A stretch of DNA of 64,000 nucleotides from Emiliania huxleyi CCMP1516. Taxonomy: Eukaryota. Positions 36,367 through 47,987 of this stretch are shown here, in pieces. Positions within the stretch are counted from its first letter, which is position 1, and every line of letters starts with the position of its first letter. The stretch spans positions 1-64,000 of the forward strand of contig NW_005202428.1 in assembly GCF_000372725.1 (NCBI RefSeq). The letters are read 5' to 3'. Made by a program: the position numbers and the translations under genes. The notes under the pieces are model-generated. The model was not told the DNA's origin and ran no database searches. It was given only the letters and a program-made list of their open reading frames with translations.

Positions 36367-37636
36367 TCAGATTGGATCTTGCAGCTCGCTCAGCAGACAC
36401 CGCCGTATCTCCTCCCAGCTCCCCGCCTCCCACACCACGCCAGGGCTGTCTGCGGCGGCCGCGACCTCGCCCTCCTGCGCACCCCGCGCTGCGAGGCACT
36501 CCCGCAGCGACGGCGGCAGCGGCGCGATCCGGACGCCAAAACGGCGCGCGATGAGGCGCGCAGAGGCGGACTCGCCGATGATCACCCCAACGTCAGCCTC
36601 GAGCATCGCAAGCAGGTCGGTCGGAGAGTCGCCCACGTACACGACTGGCCTCGCGCACACCGCGTCGACGAGGGCAGCGATTCTCGCGCGCTTGGCGGCA
36701 GCGCCGGGGACGGGAAGCACGATCGACCCGTCCGGCTGCAACTCGTTGCACCAGAGCTCTAGCGGAGCGGCGAGGGGGGAGAGGGTCGCGCGGATCAGCG
36801 GCGGAGACCAGTTGATCGACAGGACCCCGAGCCGGCTCCCGGCCGCGGAGGCCGAGCCGAGAGTGCTTGCGCAGCCGTGGCGCAGCTCTGCGATCGGCGG
36901 CGCGGCTGGGTTGGCCGCCCACTCTGCGAGCGTCGGCGCGACGGCGGAGGGAGAGATGCCGGCCAGCACGCCGCTCTCGCCCACGCGGTTCGTCACCTAG
37001 AGGCCCGGTCCGGCACTTCTTGCTCCGGAGCACCCGGCCGTCTCTACTTGCTTGTTCTATCTCGGCTGATCGCGGGCTCCAATCTCGGCCGATCTCGGGA
37101 TCGATCTCGGCCGATCTCGGGCTCGATCTCGGCCGATCTCGGGCTCGATCTCGGCCGATCTCGGGCTCGATCTCGGCCGATCTCGGGCTCGATCGGGCTG
37201 TGGGTGCGTCGCCTCGGTCGAGTGGGCGTCTTGCTCCGCGAGGCAGCGCTCCTGGAGTGTGAACACACACCGCCAAGGCGTTGGACGGCCGCACACTGCG
37301 TGCACCGAGCGGAGAGAAGGGATGCAAGGCAGGCAGGCAGAGAGGGCGAGCGAGGTGTGTGTGAGAGCGCTCCAGGCCGACGAGGTCGAGCGAGGCCGGC
37401 GGAGGCCCGTCGAGGTCGTGACGCGCGTTCACGCGGCGTATGCCGGCGATGTACTCCTCCTCCAGCTCCTTGAAGCGCGCCAGCTTCGCCGCCGCCGCAC
37501 TCTCCTGCCCAAGGTGGGCGGCCAGCCGTGGCAGCAGACCGATCGTCTCCTTGACGGTGCAGGTGCCGTCAAAGTCGACGACGAGGAAGCCAGGGACGAG
37601 GCGTGCCGCCGACGCGACCGTGGAGAGCGCTTGCAT
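36367..37636 (-). CDS. HAD-superfamily phosphatase resembling the HAD domain of plant TH2 (thiamine monophosphate phosphatase) / yeast CTO1
   Basis: VDFDGTCT (motif I), LSINWS (II), CNEL, and YVGDSPTDLLAMLEADVG (IV). Introns at about 37000-37200 and 37255-37370. Confidence 0.85.
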
Positions 37637-37729
37637 GTGTAAAATTTTAGTGGAGCTGTCACTCGCCGCGCGCTGTTGTAGCCAAAGTCTGCACAGCCTT
37701 GTGGTTGAGAATTCTACAAGCCAGAACTA

Positions 37730-38662
37730 CTCGCATAATGTGGGTAAACGAAAAAAGTAGCGCGCAATTCGTCTACGTACGGCTTAGTGTGTGGTTGGGG
37801 TGGCCTCAGGCATCCCCAAGGGAGCCTCTGCGGTGCCACATAAGCAGCTGAGTGATTGTCGAGACTTTAAAGGATTCGTTTGAAGAAACGCAAACAAGAC
37901 AAACGGTACTATGGTCACCAGTAAACGAAAATTCGACTTTGAGGGATCATATCTCAAAAGGCTGGGTGAGAGCATAGCATTATTGTTGCATATTATACCA
38001 CATAAGGTCAAACTTGACCCCAGATGCATCAAGAACCCGATGCTCCGGCTCGACTGTGCCGGCACACTGCCTCCTCGCGCAAGCTGCTCGCAGGCCGTTG
38101 CGGCCCGTGGTGCACCAGAGAGAGAGGTCGACGCGTTGCCCCCGCCGGCGACCCCGCGCGGCTCAGGCCAGCCAGAAGGTGTGTGGTGACGGCACCGTGG
38201 CAGGAGTGCGGAGAAGAGCTCGCCGAACGCGAGCAGCAGATGGCCAAAGTGTGCGAGCGCGAGAGCCTCGCGAGCGGGCGCAGAAGGAGCTCGCCGTGAC
38301 ACGATGCCGGGCGGTGGTGGTGCTCTGGCGACTGTGCACAGTGGGAAAAGTCAGGCTGCAACAGGGCAGCACGATGGTAGTGCCCTGCTGCAGCCTGGCC
38401 TGACATGCACAGGGCGAACAGAGGCGGTACTATCGTCCGGCGCTCGTCACCGAATCTGGGCGAACTTCGACCGCCGCCACAGCTCACCACGAGCACGCAG
38501 CGACAAAATGTTGACTGTATGGAAGTCGAGGCTGGTCCATAGGAAGAGGCTGCCGTGCGAGCCGGCAGCTGGCTGGCTCGTCGGGACGGCCGCCGGCGTC
38601 TTTTTCGGCTTTTTCTCTGATAGTACCGTATACGGTACTTTCGTTTACCCACACTCTGCGAG
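37730..38662. mobile_element. Non-autonomous Tc1/mariner-like element, copy 2
   Basis: TA|CTCGCATAATGTGGGTAAACG...CGTTTACCCACACTCTGCGAG|TA; interior co-linear with 25492-26428. Confidence 0.9.
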
Positions 38663-38675
38663 TAGAACGCGCCTC

Positions 38676-39190
38676 TCTCGAGGTTCTCGAGGTGGATATC
38701 CTTTGGCCGCGTTGGGTAGCGAGGATTGGTGTAACCCGAGCCACGGAGGCGTGTTTTCTGGCGGCCGACCGTCAGTGCACGGAGTTGCCACTTCTCCGAC
38801 TGCCCCGGCTAGTTCCCCAGGCTCGCCGGGTTTCCCCTACGTCACCTAGGACCTAGCGCGGGTGGGTTGGAGGGGCCTCAGAAAGGCGCGCAAGCACGCC
38901 CTACGTCTTCCCCTCCTCCCCATCGGGCCGCATAAGCGGCCACGCCTCGCAGATTCGTTTTCGCGCCTGGGTCAGGCGCGCGGGGCATCCCCCGGGTCGC
39001 TCGACCAGCGATCCGAAGAGTGGCCGCTATGCGAGGGAAAGAGCGGGGCCCTCGACGCCTCAGTCCGGCCCTCCGAGGGGGGAAGGGAAGTGCGGGGTCC
39101 CCACGGGCGCCTCAGTTCGGCCCTCCCGAGGGGGGGAGGGGAGCAAAGGGGTGGGGGGATCGGGGCGGTGGGGAGGGGTCTCGGATTTCG
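38676..39190 (+). repeat. Truncated copy of the repeat element at 47059-47935 (inverted)
   Basis: TCTCGAGGTTCTCGAGGTGGATATCCTTTGGCCGCG... through ...GGGGTCTCGGATTTC matches the reverse complement of about 47435-47935. Confidence 0.9.
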
Positions 39191-40333
39191 CACCTGTGTC
39201 GAGCCTGTGTGCTGTGAGAGAGAGTTGTTTTGTTTAAATTCTACAAAAACAAGCCCCTCTCACAGCAGCCTGTGTGGTGGCGGCGTGCCGTCCTCCCATC
39301 CCTCCCTTGGGTTGTCTGTTTTCTTTCTTTCTTTCTTTCTTTAGCAGACTGGCACGAACTAGCACCACAAAAGGCACAGCAGACAACGGCCCCTTATGGG
39401 CCGTCGAAGAGGCCGTCATACTCCTCCGGCCTCGCCCCCCCTTCCCAACCCTCCCCTGGCTCAGGCTCCTCATCCTCGCGGCGCGCAGTGCGCACCCCGC
39501 CCCGCGAAGACGAACCCTTCCGCCGGCGTGCCTCGCGGGACTGCCGCCCGCTGCCGCCGCCCTTCCTCCCCTCCGCCGCCCGCGCCTTCTCCGCCGCCCG
39601 TGCGGCCTCCTCCACCTCCTCCGCGAATTCTTAAAATACAAGCCTTTCTCACACCACACTGGCACGACAAGGGCGCGGACTGGCGCGGACTGGCACACAC
39701 ACCGGCTCACCACCGGAGCCGCCTAAGCGACTCCGTTAAGAACGGCAATGCACTCCGTTGTTGAGAAGAAAGTACTCGGAGCCCTCGGAGACCCGTGTTT
39801 GTTTGTTTACTTTTACGGCCCTTGCCCTGCGAACGCGCACCCCCGGGGCTAGGGCTCCCTAGCCCGTAACCCGATGCCGATCATCCGGCCCGCTGGGTGC
39901 GCTTCTTAGCTCCCCGGCCCTGGATGTGAGGTTGATGACTGCACTCCAAGTGCTCCTCAAGTGCTCTCGACCAATAAGCATCCCCCGAATCGTTGCTGAT
40001 TTCTATGGCGTCGCTGCTGCTGTCACCCGAGACAGCCCGGCGCCGGAGGGTACCTTCCGCCGAAGACGGTGGCGGAGGCGAGGACGGGGAGGACGCCGAT
40101 GGCGAGATAGCCGAGAGCCGCGGCTGGCGGCTGCGCTGCTGGCGCCGCCAGCCGCGCGAGGGACCATGCGGAGTCGAACGGGCAGCCGGTCGGCGGTCTG
40201 GGGTGCTCCGGCTCCACTGAGCTGCTGGAGTGCACACAGCCTGCGGCGGGTGCCTTATGTGCCGCTGAGCTGCCCGCTGCCCCGTACTCCGATACGCAGC
40301 TGCTGGATGCCGGTGTTGGCGCAGGCCAAAAGA

Positions 40334-40367
<34 letters not shown>

Positions 40368-41743
40368 GATCCGACGGGAGCTCGGACCGCCCTCCCTCCT
40401 AGCTGCCGCCCTTGCCGATGATATGGCCGACCTCGCCTCGCCTTCCGTCGCCGGTCACGACGGCGACCGTTCAAGTCGCTCGGGACACGTTGACCGAGGG
40501 GCAGCGGGAGCGGGCGGCGCGAAACCTGCGATGGGCGATCGCTAGACGAGCCGGGGGATTGGGCAGGGAAGTCGATGGGCAACAGGGGGGCGGTGCGGCA
40601 TCGCGCCCTCCGCAGATGGCCGTCTCGCTTGCTCTCGTGCGCCGCCACGACCAGAACGGCTCCGGGGGCCGATGGCAGGTGCTCCTCACGCGGAGACCGG
40701 CCGGGGAATGGCACCTAGAAAGTACTCGAGTACTATGGCGCTGTGCGCTGGTCTGTGAGAGGATGAGGTGCACAGGTTTGTGAGGGCACGATCGCGGCGT
40801 GAACACGACTAACTGACGGATCTGCTCCTGACAGTCGCACGCGCCGCGCTGCGGGGCGTGCGACTAGTTGCAAATACGGGGGTGCTGTGGAAATGACCAC
40901 TTTTGATGTTTTTTGTCCGTGTTGCTCCCAGCGCCCTCCCCGCGCTCCCTGAGGCCATGGCTGGTGCTACTAGTATGGGGGGCCACCTGGCTACCGCGAG
41001 AGCGACCCAACTCGTCGACATCGTCCGGTGATGGTGCCTCAAAGTCAGCCTCCGGAGGCTATCGTGCGTCGAGCCGGCGGTGGCCGTGACATGTGGTTCC
41101 ACCACCCCTCGCAGGCTTTGCCTCTGACCGCCACCGTTCCCAGGCTGCCTAATGGGATGGAAAGGAAGGCTCGGCGAGCGTATAGAAGCGTGCTCGACCT
41201 CGTCGTGGCAACCTGTACGCTCGGCAGCGCTGGTAGGCGCGATGAGCGTCGTGCCACCTGACCCGAGACGGGTCGCAGGCGTCGTACCGAGCGCGCCGAG
41301 ACCGTGTCCTGATGTGATCTGCACGGGTGAGTCACGTCGGCGTCAAAGGAGCGACGTGTGACCTGTCAGAGCCTGATCTCCGATCTCATCGGCGTCGAGT
41401 CGCCTTCGGTGGCGACAGCTAGGATGCATCTCCTCCGTCGTTTTTCGCGCGATGGCCCTGGGAAGCTGGCGGTGCACGCGGACGGACCTTGTGTGTGCAC
41501 GGAACGCTTAAAAAGTGGGTGCTCTACGTCACTTTTTTTTGAGTAGATCGTGCCGAGCTGACCGTGACAGCGTTTTTGGTAGTTTTTGATTTTTCCTTGT
41601 GAGACTTTTTGCAACTAGTCGTGCGACTGTCTTTGTTTGAAGTGAAAAGTCGAATCAGAGCGGTGTTTGTGCCGCGTCCTGTGCCCCCGAGTTCATATAA
41701 TAAATCAGAGCGGTGTCGCGCTGTCGGAGCAACATCAGTCCTA

Positions 41744-41980
41744 GTGTGGACGGTTTTTTTGCGGTATCTTGATATGTATCTCTCCAATATCTGACTGTAT
41801 CTCCCCGTATCTCCTTGCATCTCCTCGCATCTCCCCGTATCTCCCCGTATATGCCCGTATATGCCCGTATATGCCCGTCTGCCCGTGTCTCGTATCTCCT
41901 GGTATCTCCCGGTATCTCCCGGTATCTCCCGGTATCCCGCCGTATCCCGGCGCGGATACCGCGAAAAAAACCGTCCACAC
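41744..41980. mobile_element. Miniature TIR element (~25-bp TIR) with a satellite interior
   Basis: GTGTGGACGGTTTTTTTGCGGTATC (41744-41768) and GATACCGCGAAAAAAACCGTCCACAC (41955-41980) are inverted repeats. No clear TSD. Confidence 0.7.
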
Positions 41981-42030
41981 CAAGGATAACATCGCGGCGC
42001 GCGACGGAAGGGCACAGCCTTCTTGCAAAA

Positions 42031-42892
42031 ATGGCAGCGCTCCTCGCCGCTCCATGCCGGGGAGCCGGGGCTGAGCACCGACGCCGGTCAGCCAAACGCC
42101 CTCTCCCACGCCGCCACCTCCTCCCAGCCGACGACGCGAGGCCCCTCCTCCCGCAGCCGCCTATCCACAGCCGGCGGTGTGAAATAAGTGCCACTTCACC
42201 ATGCACTTCGCCGCGTGTGCGCGGGCCGCCTCAGCGCGCGCAGCGCCCGCTCCTCCCTCGCCGCCACGGAATCCGCCCTCTGGGTGGCAGAGCTCTGTAC
42301 AGCCACCGCCGCCGCCGCCGTACGTGCTGCTGCGATGGCACCCCCTGGCAGCTGCGTGCCCTGCAGCCGCCGCGCGCCTCCTCTCGGCGCGCGCATTGCG
42401 AGCAACGCCGCCGTCCGCGCTCGAGCCGGCGGCGCCTGCTTGCGCGCGGCCGATGGCGCGCTCGGCTCCGCGCGCCGCTGCCCCCTACTCACACTTGCGG
42501 GGCGTTGAGGACATGCTGCTTCACGCTCACAGCACCGCCGCGAGCGGGTGCCACCGCTCTCCCAGCACCGCCGCCGACGAGCCGTTTGCGCCGGCTGCGC
42601 GGCCGACAGCCTGGAGCACGATCTCGCGGCGATGAGGCTGCGCACGGCGCGCAACGGCGCCTCGCTGGGGAAAGTGGAGCGGTGCAGCGTCTGGGGCGGG
42701 AGGTGCAGCCGAGAGACGGCCGAGAGACGGCCGAGAGACGCCGAGGTGTGGCCGAGGTATAGCCGAGATACAACCGAGAGATTTCCGACCAGCTCCCTCT
42801 AGGGCGGGGGCAGCCTGCCAGGCGGCCGCTGGGTCTGCGGAGAAGCGGCTCGGGTGGCATCCGTAGCCCGGCCACGCGACCTACTCCGTTGA
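42031..42892 (+). CDS. Possible small multi-exon hypothetical protein
   Basis: ATG in an AAAAATGG context. Exon-like CAADSLEHDLAAMRLRTARNG...CSVWGG and GGGSLPGGRWVCG...DLLR* are separated by a CCGAGA-satellite intron. Confidence 0.3.
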
Positions 42893-42901
42893 GGGGTGCA
42901 C

Positions 42902-45262
42902 TCAGTACAGCAGCCCGGGCGGCACCCGCAGCACCCGGCGATGAGCGGCCGGGTTGCCGCCGTAATAGTCAACGGCGCCGCGCGAGCCCCGCGGGCCGGC
43001 ACTGGGCTGCAGCGCTCGGTCGGCGGCGCGCATCAGAGCCACGGAGCTCCTCTCTCCGCACGTCCTTATGTACCAAGCATGCACCTGTTCACGCAAACAC
43101 ACAGCCCCTCTTCACACCCGCAGCTGTGAACGGGCCTCGTCTCCCCGCCACGGTGTCGTGGGGTGCACCTCGGTTGCATCTCTGCTGCCAACCGCTGCTT
43201 CTCAGGAAGCTGCACCTCGGCTGCCTCTCGGCTGCCTCTCGGCTGCCTCTCGGCTGCCTCTCGGCTGCCTCTCGGCTGCCTCTCGGCTGCCTCTCGGCTG
43301 CCTCTCGGCTGCCTCTCGGCTGCCTCTCGGCTGCCTCTCGGCTGCCTCTCGGCTGCCTCTCGGCTGCCTCTCGGCTGCCTCTCGGCTGCCTCTCGGCTGC
43401 CTCTCGGCTGCCTCTCGGCTGCCTCTCGGCTGCCTCTCGGCTGCCTCTCGGCTGCCTCTCGGCTGCCTCTCGGCTGCCTCTCGGCTGCCTCTCGGCTGCC
43501 TCTCGGCTGCCTCTCGGCTGCCTCTCGGCTGCCTCTCGGCTGCCTCTCGGCTGCCTCTCGGCTGCCTCTCGGCTGCACCTCGGCTGTCTCTCGGCTGCAT
43601 CTCGGCTGCATCTCGGCTGCACCTCGGGCTGCATCGCCGTCAGGCGGGGAGGAGGGACGCGGAGCTCCCCCGCGTCTGCGGCGGACAGGTCGAGGTCGTC
43701 GCCACGGTCCTGCTGCGCCGCGAGCGGCGGCTGCTCGAACCTCCACAGGAGCGGCGGGAAGGCGGGGCGGGCCGAAGCGGACGACGCGGCGTGCGTGTGC
43801 AGCCACTCTCCGTACCGCGACCCATTGGGCCCCGACGGCCCGTCGTGCTGCTTCAGGTAGTGCACTGCGATCGACGCGGCGCTTGGAGCGACCCACCCCA
43901 GCCCTCCTGCACGGTGGAGGTAGTGGTGGCCCTTCGTCCACGTCATGTCTGCGACGGTCAGGTTGAGACGGCACTGCCCAATCCAGTGCCCGACGGTGCA
44001 GTCGCAAGACGTGGAGGCGAAGGTGGTGGCGCGGCTGGTGCCCCGTCGCTTGGCGCAGTTGCCTGCCCGCCGGTTCTCGGCGCGGCCAACCTGAGCAAAC
44101 TCGACGGCTGTGACATGCACCAGGCGACTTCTTTGAAGGTTCGGTTTGCATTTGCAGCACGCGCACTGCCCCCTGAAGCTGCCGAGGCTACGTGTGTGTG
44201 TGTGTGTGTGGTGGTGGTGGTGGGGGGGGGGGGGGGGTGCCTCTTTGTGTGTGCCAACCTCCATGAAGCGGCGCGTGTAGCTGCACGTCTCAAACACCGC
44301 GCGCGCAACCTCGGCGGCCTGCACGTCCAGCGGGCCGGTGGCGAAGGGTGCGGGGGCCCCGCCGTGGCACTTTCGCGGCTGCCCGCGCGGCCAGTGACGC
44401 CTAACGGGTTGATGATTCACGATGAGCTGTCAGCCTTTAGGCGCTCGAGTCCGACACAGGGCAGAGGCGCAAGCTCTCGGGGGCCGCCGATTCGAACTCG
44501 CCCATCCAGCAGCCGGCGTACCCGCTGGGCGTGTGCCTGGCGGCGGCGAGCGGCGGCATGGCGCACGCGTTCATCAGCCCGTAGTAGACCGCCGGGAGCC
44601 TGCGCAGAGAGTGCAAGTCGGCGAGCAGCTGGCGCAGGTTGACATACGTGTCGTCCTCCGTCTTCGCGTACCTAGAGCGAAGCGCGAAGAGCTAGGTGTG
44701 AAGTGTCCTCTGTCGTGGCATGTCTCGCAGCGAGGTGCGAAGCGGTGGCGTACCAGCGAGCGGCTGGCCAGCGGCGCAGCGCATACGTGTACCAGCCGTG
44801 CACCTTCTCGATGCAGGAGCACGGCATCGCCACGCTCTTCCCGTCCAGCGCCTGCGGTGTGGCGCCGCGCTGGCCTGAGCCTCGGTGCAATCTCAAATGT
44901 GTGCGCCGCCTCGGATTTCTGCCGCTCAGCGCGCCTGCTCCAGCAGCAGCACGTCCGAGTAGTTGGCCGCCTCACCACGCAGCTGGTCGCTCTCGCCGCG
45001 CGGCAGCGCCTCGAGGCCAACGACGAACCGGAAGACAACCTCGCCTCGCTGGACGGGGCCGCCCGATAGCATGGTGCTGCGGACGAGCCATCGCTTCGCA
45101 AGGTTGAAGGGCGCGACCATCATGCCCATCGCCAATTGCGGGCCGTCCGAGGCGCGGGCGTCGCGGGCGTTGTGCAAGTCTGTGTGCATGGAGCGGTCGT
45201 TGTGGACGTCGTTGTGGAGCCGTCGTGGTGTTCTCGAGGTTCTCCAGGTGCGCGCGATCCAA
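42902..45262 (-). CDS. GT31-like (beta-1,3-galactosyltransferase-type) glycosyltransferase, multi-exon
   Basis: R..VRSTM, VFRFVVG, L..EAANYSDVLLL, EKVHGWY, AKTEDDTYVN (DxD-type), YYG, PFATGP and AVHYLK. Start uncertain. Confidence 0.75.
43210..43625. repeat. Intronic 11-bp satellite (CTCGGCTGCCT)n; also 49983-50150 (opposite strand) and degenerate at 61435-61630
   Basis: Directly visible tandem array. Confidence 0.95.
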
Positions 45263-45407
45263 ACGCAGGCAGGAGGGTAAGACTGTGACTGCACCCAGTA
45301 ATATGAATTGAGCTGGGCGGCGCCTTCTCGTGGGCGCCGGGCACCGGCAAGTTTGGCCGGCGCAAGGCAGGAAGCGCCCTCACGGCCCCCAATGGCAAAC
45401 CCGACTC

Positions 45408-45443
<36 letters not shown>

Positions 45444-46375
45444 ACTCACTCACACCCGACTCCCTCCATCCGTGTGGCGCCGCCCGATGGTGCCGGGAAC
45501 CCTATTCCGGAGCGATTTCCCCTAGCTAGGGTTAGCGCAGAAAAAGCCGGGCCCCTTAGCTCCGGCTAGGGCTAAGTAAGGGGCCTCCGCAGCCGACCGC
45601 GAGGAAGGGCCGACTTAGATAGCATAGCGGGCCGATAAGGCCGCCCACACCCGCGGGGATGGTTGTGTGGTTGCCTCCTCGACTCGGACGGCCGCCTCAG
45701 AGGGCGGGGATGCTTCCTCTCGCCCTCTCACCCGCGGGAGATGGCCGAGTCCACGGAGCCGCACGCTGCCTCTCCTTGGACGCAAGGCTCCGACTTCTAT
45801 AGAGAAGGCCCCTTCTGCACCAGCGTTTTAAAGTGAAATCGTCAAGAGAAATCGATGCCCCGGGCTGGGCTTTGGGGTAGGCAGCCACCCTTTCGAAGGT
45901 GAGGCGTGATGGTCGGTGCCACAGACAGCAAGATGTCGCCTCACCCCCTCGGGGCCGGTCTGCTTCCGAGCCGGGCGGCGCGGCGGCGGGTGATGGTGGC
46001 GGGAGAGCGACGAATGTGTGTATTTTGACCCCGGCATGCGATTTTTCGGTTTTTTCTTTTCTTTACACATAGTATGAAGCACACGCGTGGCGACCTCCAC
46101 CCACACCAGACACTCGTCTCTCGTGTCTCGCCACGTACCTCTCTCGCGCCCGCACCCTCTGCGCCTTGCCCCTACCCACTGCTAAGTAAGGGCGTCCTCC
46201 TCGTGTCGTCCCGACACCCGGCCAGCCCCGGCTAGTCCAGGCCCTGGGCAGGGGCCGCCGCCGCGCCCCGCCCTCCTCCTCTGGGGCTACATGAAGGTGC
46301 AGCACTGGTTCTGCTTCTTGGCCGTCTTGAAGAACATCTTCGACGAGCCCGACAGGTCGGGGGCGGGGATGTCGA

Positions 46376-47029
46376 GGGATGTCGGGGTGGGGAGCGGGTG
46401 GGCGCCGGAGTGGGAATGGTGGTGTGACTGCTCCTGTGGTGCGGGCGACGGCTTCTGAGGAAGCCTTCGCCCGCGCCTCGCCTGTCGCGTGAATCGTGTC
46501 GTGCGACCGCCTTTCGTTGTAAAATTCTTTACCTGGAGCTGCGTCTTTTTTCTTTGAGTGGCCACAGGTGTGGGGAGCGGGTGGGGCGGCTGCTGCGGCA
46601 AAGGCGGAGGGCGGCTGCCTGCCCCTGCCTTCTGGTCCTGGACGAGCCCGCTTTTACGTCACCAGCGAATGTCAGTCGCCCGAGTCCGACTCGGTCGCGG
46701 TCGCTGCTGCGTCGATTTCTTCAGCGAGACCACAGGATCGGAGGGCGGGCGAGGCGGAGGCCGTCGAGATGCCGGCGCTGGCGGCGGTCGGGCGGGCGGG
46801 CGCGGAGGCTGGGCGAGGCGGCGGGCGAGACGGCGGTGCGGCGGGCGACGGGCGGCTGGCGTCGTGGGACGTGGGCGAGCGTGGGGTGGGGTGGGGATGT
46901 CGGGGTGGGGAGCGGGTGGGCGCCGGAGTGGGAGTGGTGGTGTGATTGCTCCTGTGGTGCGGGCGACGGCTTCTGAGGAAGCCGTCGCCCGCGCCTCGCC
47001 TGTCGCGTGAATCGTGTCGTGCGACCGCC
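46376..47029. repeat. Pair of ~135-bp direct repeats (about 46376-46511 and 46894-47029)
   Basis: GGGATGTCGGGGTGGGGAGCGGGTGGGCGCCGGAGTGGG...GTGAATCGTGTCGTGCGACCGCC occurs twice. The end of copy 1 recurs inverted at about 61034-61071. Confidence 0.85.
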
Positions 47030-47058
47030 CTTAGTTTGGAAATCGTTACTTATTTACT

Positions 47059-47935
47059 GATCGGGGCCATACCGAGCGAACCCCGCGGTGCAAGGCCGTC
47101 CACCGAAGCCGTCTCGGGGCAGGTCCGTCTCGAATGGATAGCCTTGGGCTCGGCCGGGTGGCTCGGCTAGCACGAGACGTGGGGACGTGTAACGACTCGA
47201 CACGGGTGGGCGAGAGCTTGAGATAGAGTCTAGCCGCCTCGAGAGAGGTTGCCCTGCGTAGTGGGGCGGAAAACCCCGCGACGCCCGTCAACATTACCAC
47301 AACCATACATAGGCGCTCGATACCCCCTCTCGCTGCCTACTCGCTGCCTCTGGGGAGGAGGGGAAGACGTAGGGCGCGCGCCACTGCGCTCGCCGTAACC
47401 GAGGCCCCTCCCCGAAAGGCAAGTCTTAGACCCATGAAATCCGAGACCCCTCCCCCCCGCCCCGATCCCCCCACCCCCTTGCTCCCCTCCCCCCCCCGGG
47501 AGGGCCGAACTGAGGCGCCCGTGGGGACCCCGCAATTCCCTTCCCCCCTCGGAGGGGGCCGGACGGAGGCGTACCCCGTGGGCCCCGCTCTTTCCTTCGC
47601 ATAGCGGCCACTCTTCGGATCGCTGGTCGAGCGACCCGGGGGATGCCCCGCGCGCCTGACCCAGGCGCGAAAACGAATCTGCGAGGCGAGGCCGCTCACG
47701 CGGCCCGATGGGGAGGAACGGGGCGAGCCCCCTCCAACCGCAACCCACCCGCGCTAGGTCCCGGGGGACGAAGGGGTCACACCCGACGACCTCGGGAACT
47801 AGCCGGGGCAGTCGGAGAAGTGGCAACTCCGTGCACTGACGGTCGGCCGCCAGAAAACACGCCTCCGTGGCTCGGGTTACACCAATCCTCGCTACCCAAC
47901 GCGGCCAAAGGATATCCACCTCGAGAACCTCGAGA
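47059..47935 (-). mobile_element. ~880-bp non-coding repeat element flanked by 11-bp direct repeats ACTTATTTACT
   Basis: ACTTATTTACT at 47048-47058 and 47936-47946; a partial second copy lies at 38676-39190. Confidence 0.65.
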
Positions 47936-47987
47936 ACTTATTTACTTACCGTCCGGGCCCGGGTCGGGCAGTTGTCTCGCAGTCGGC

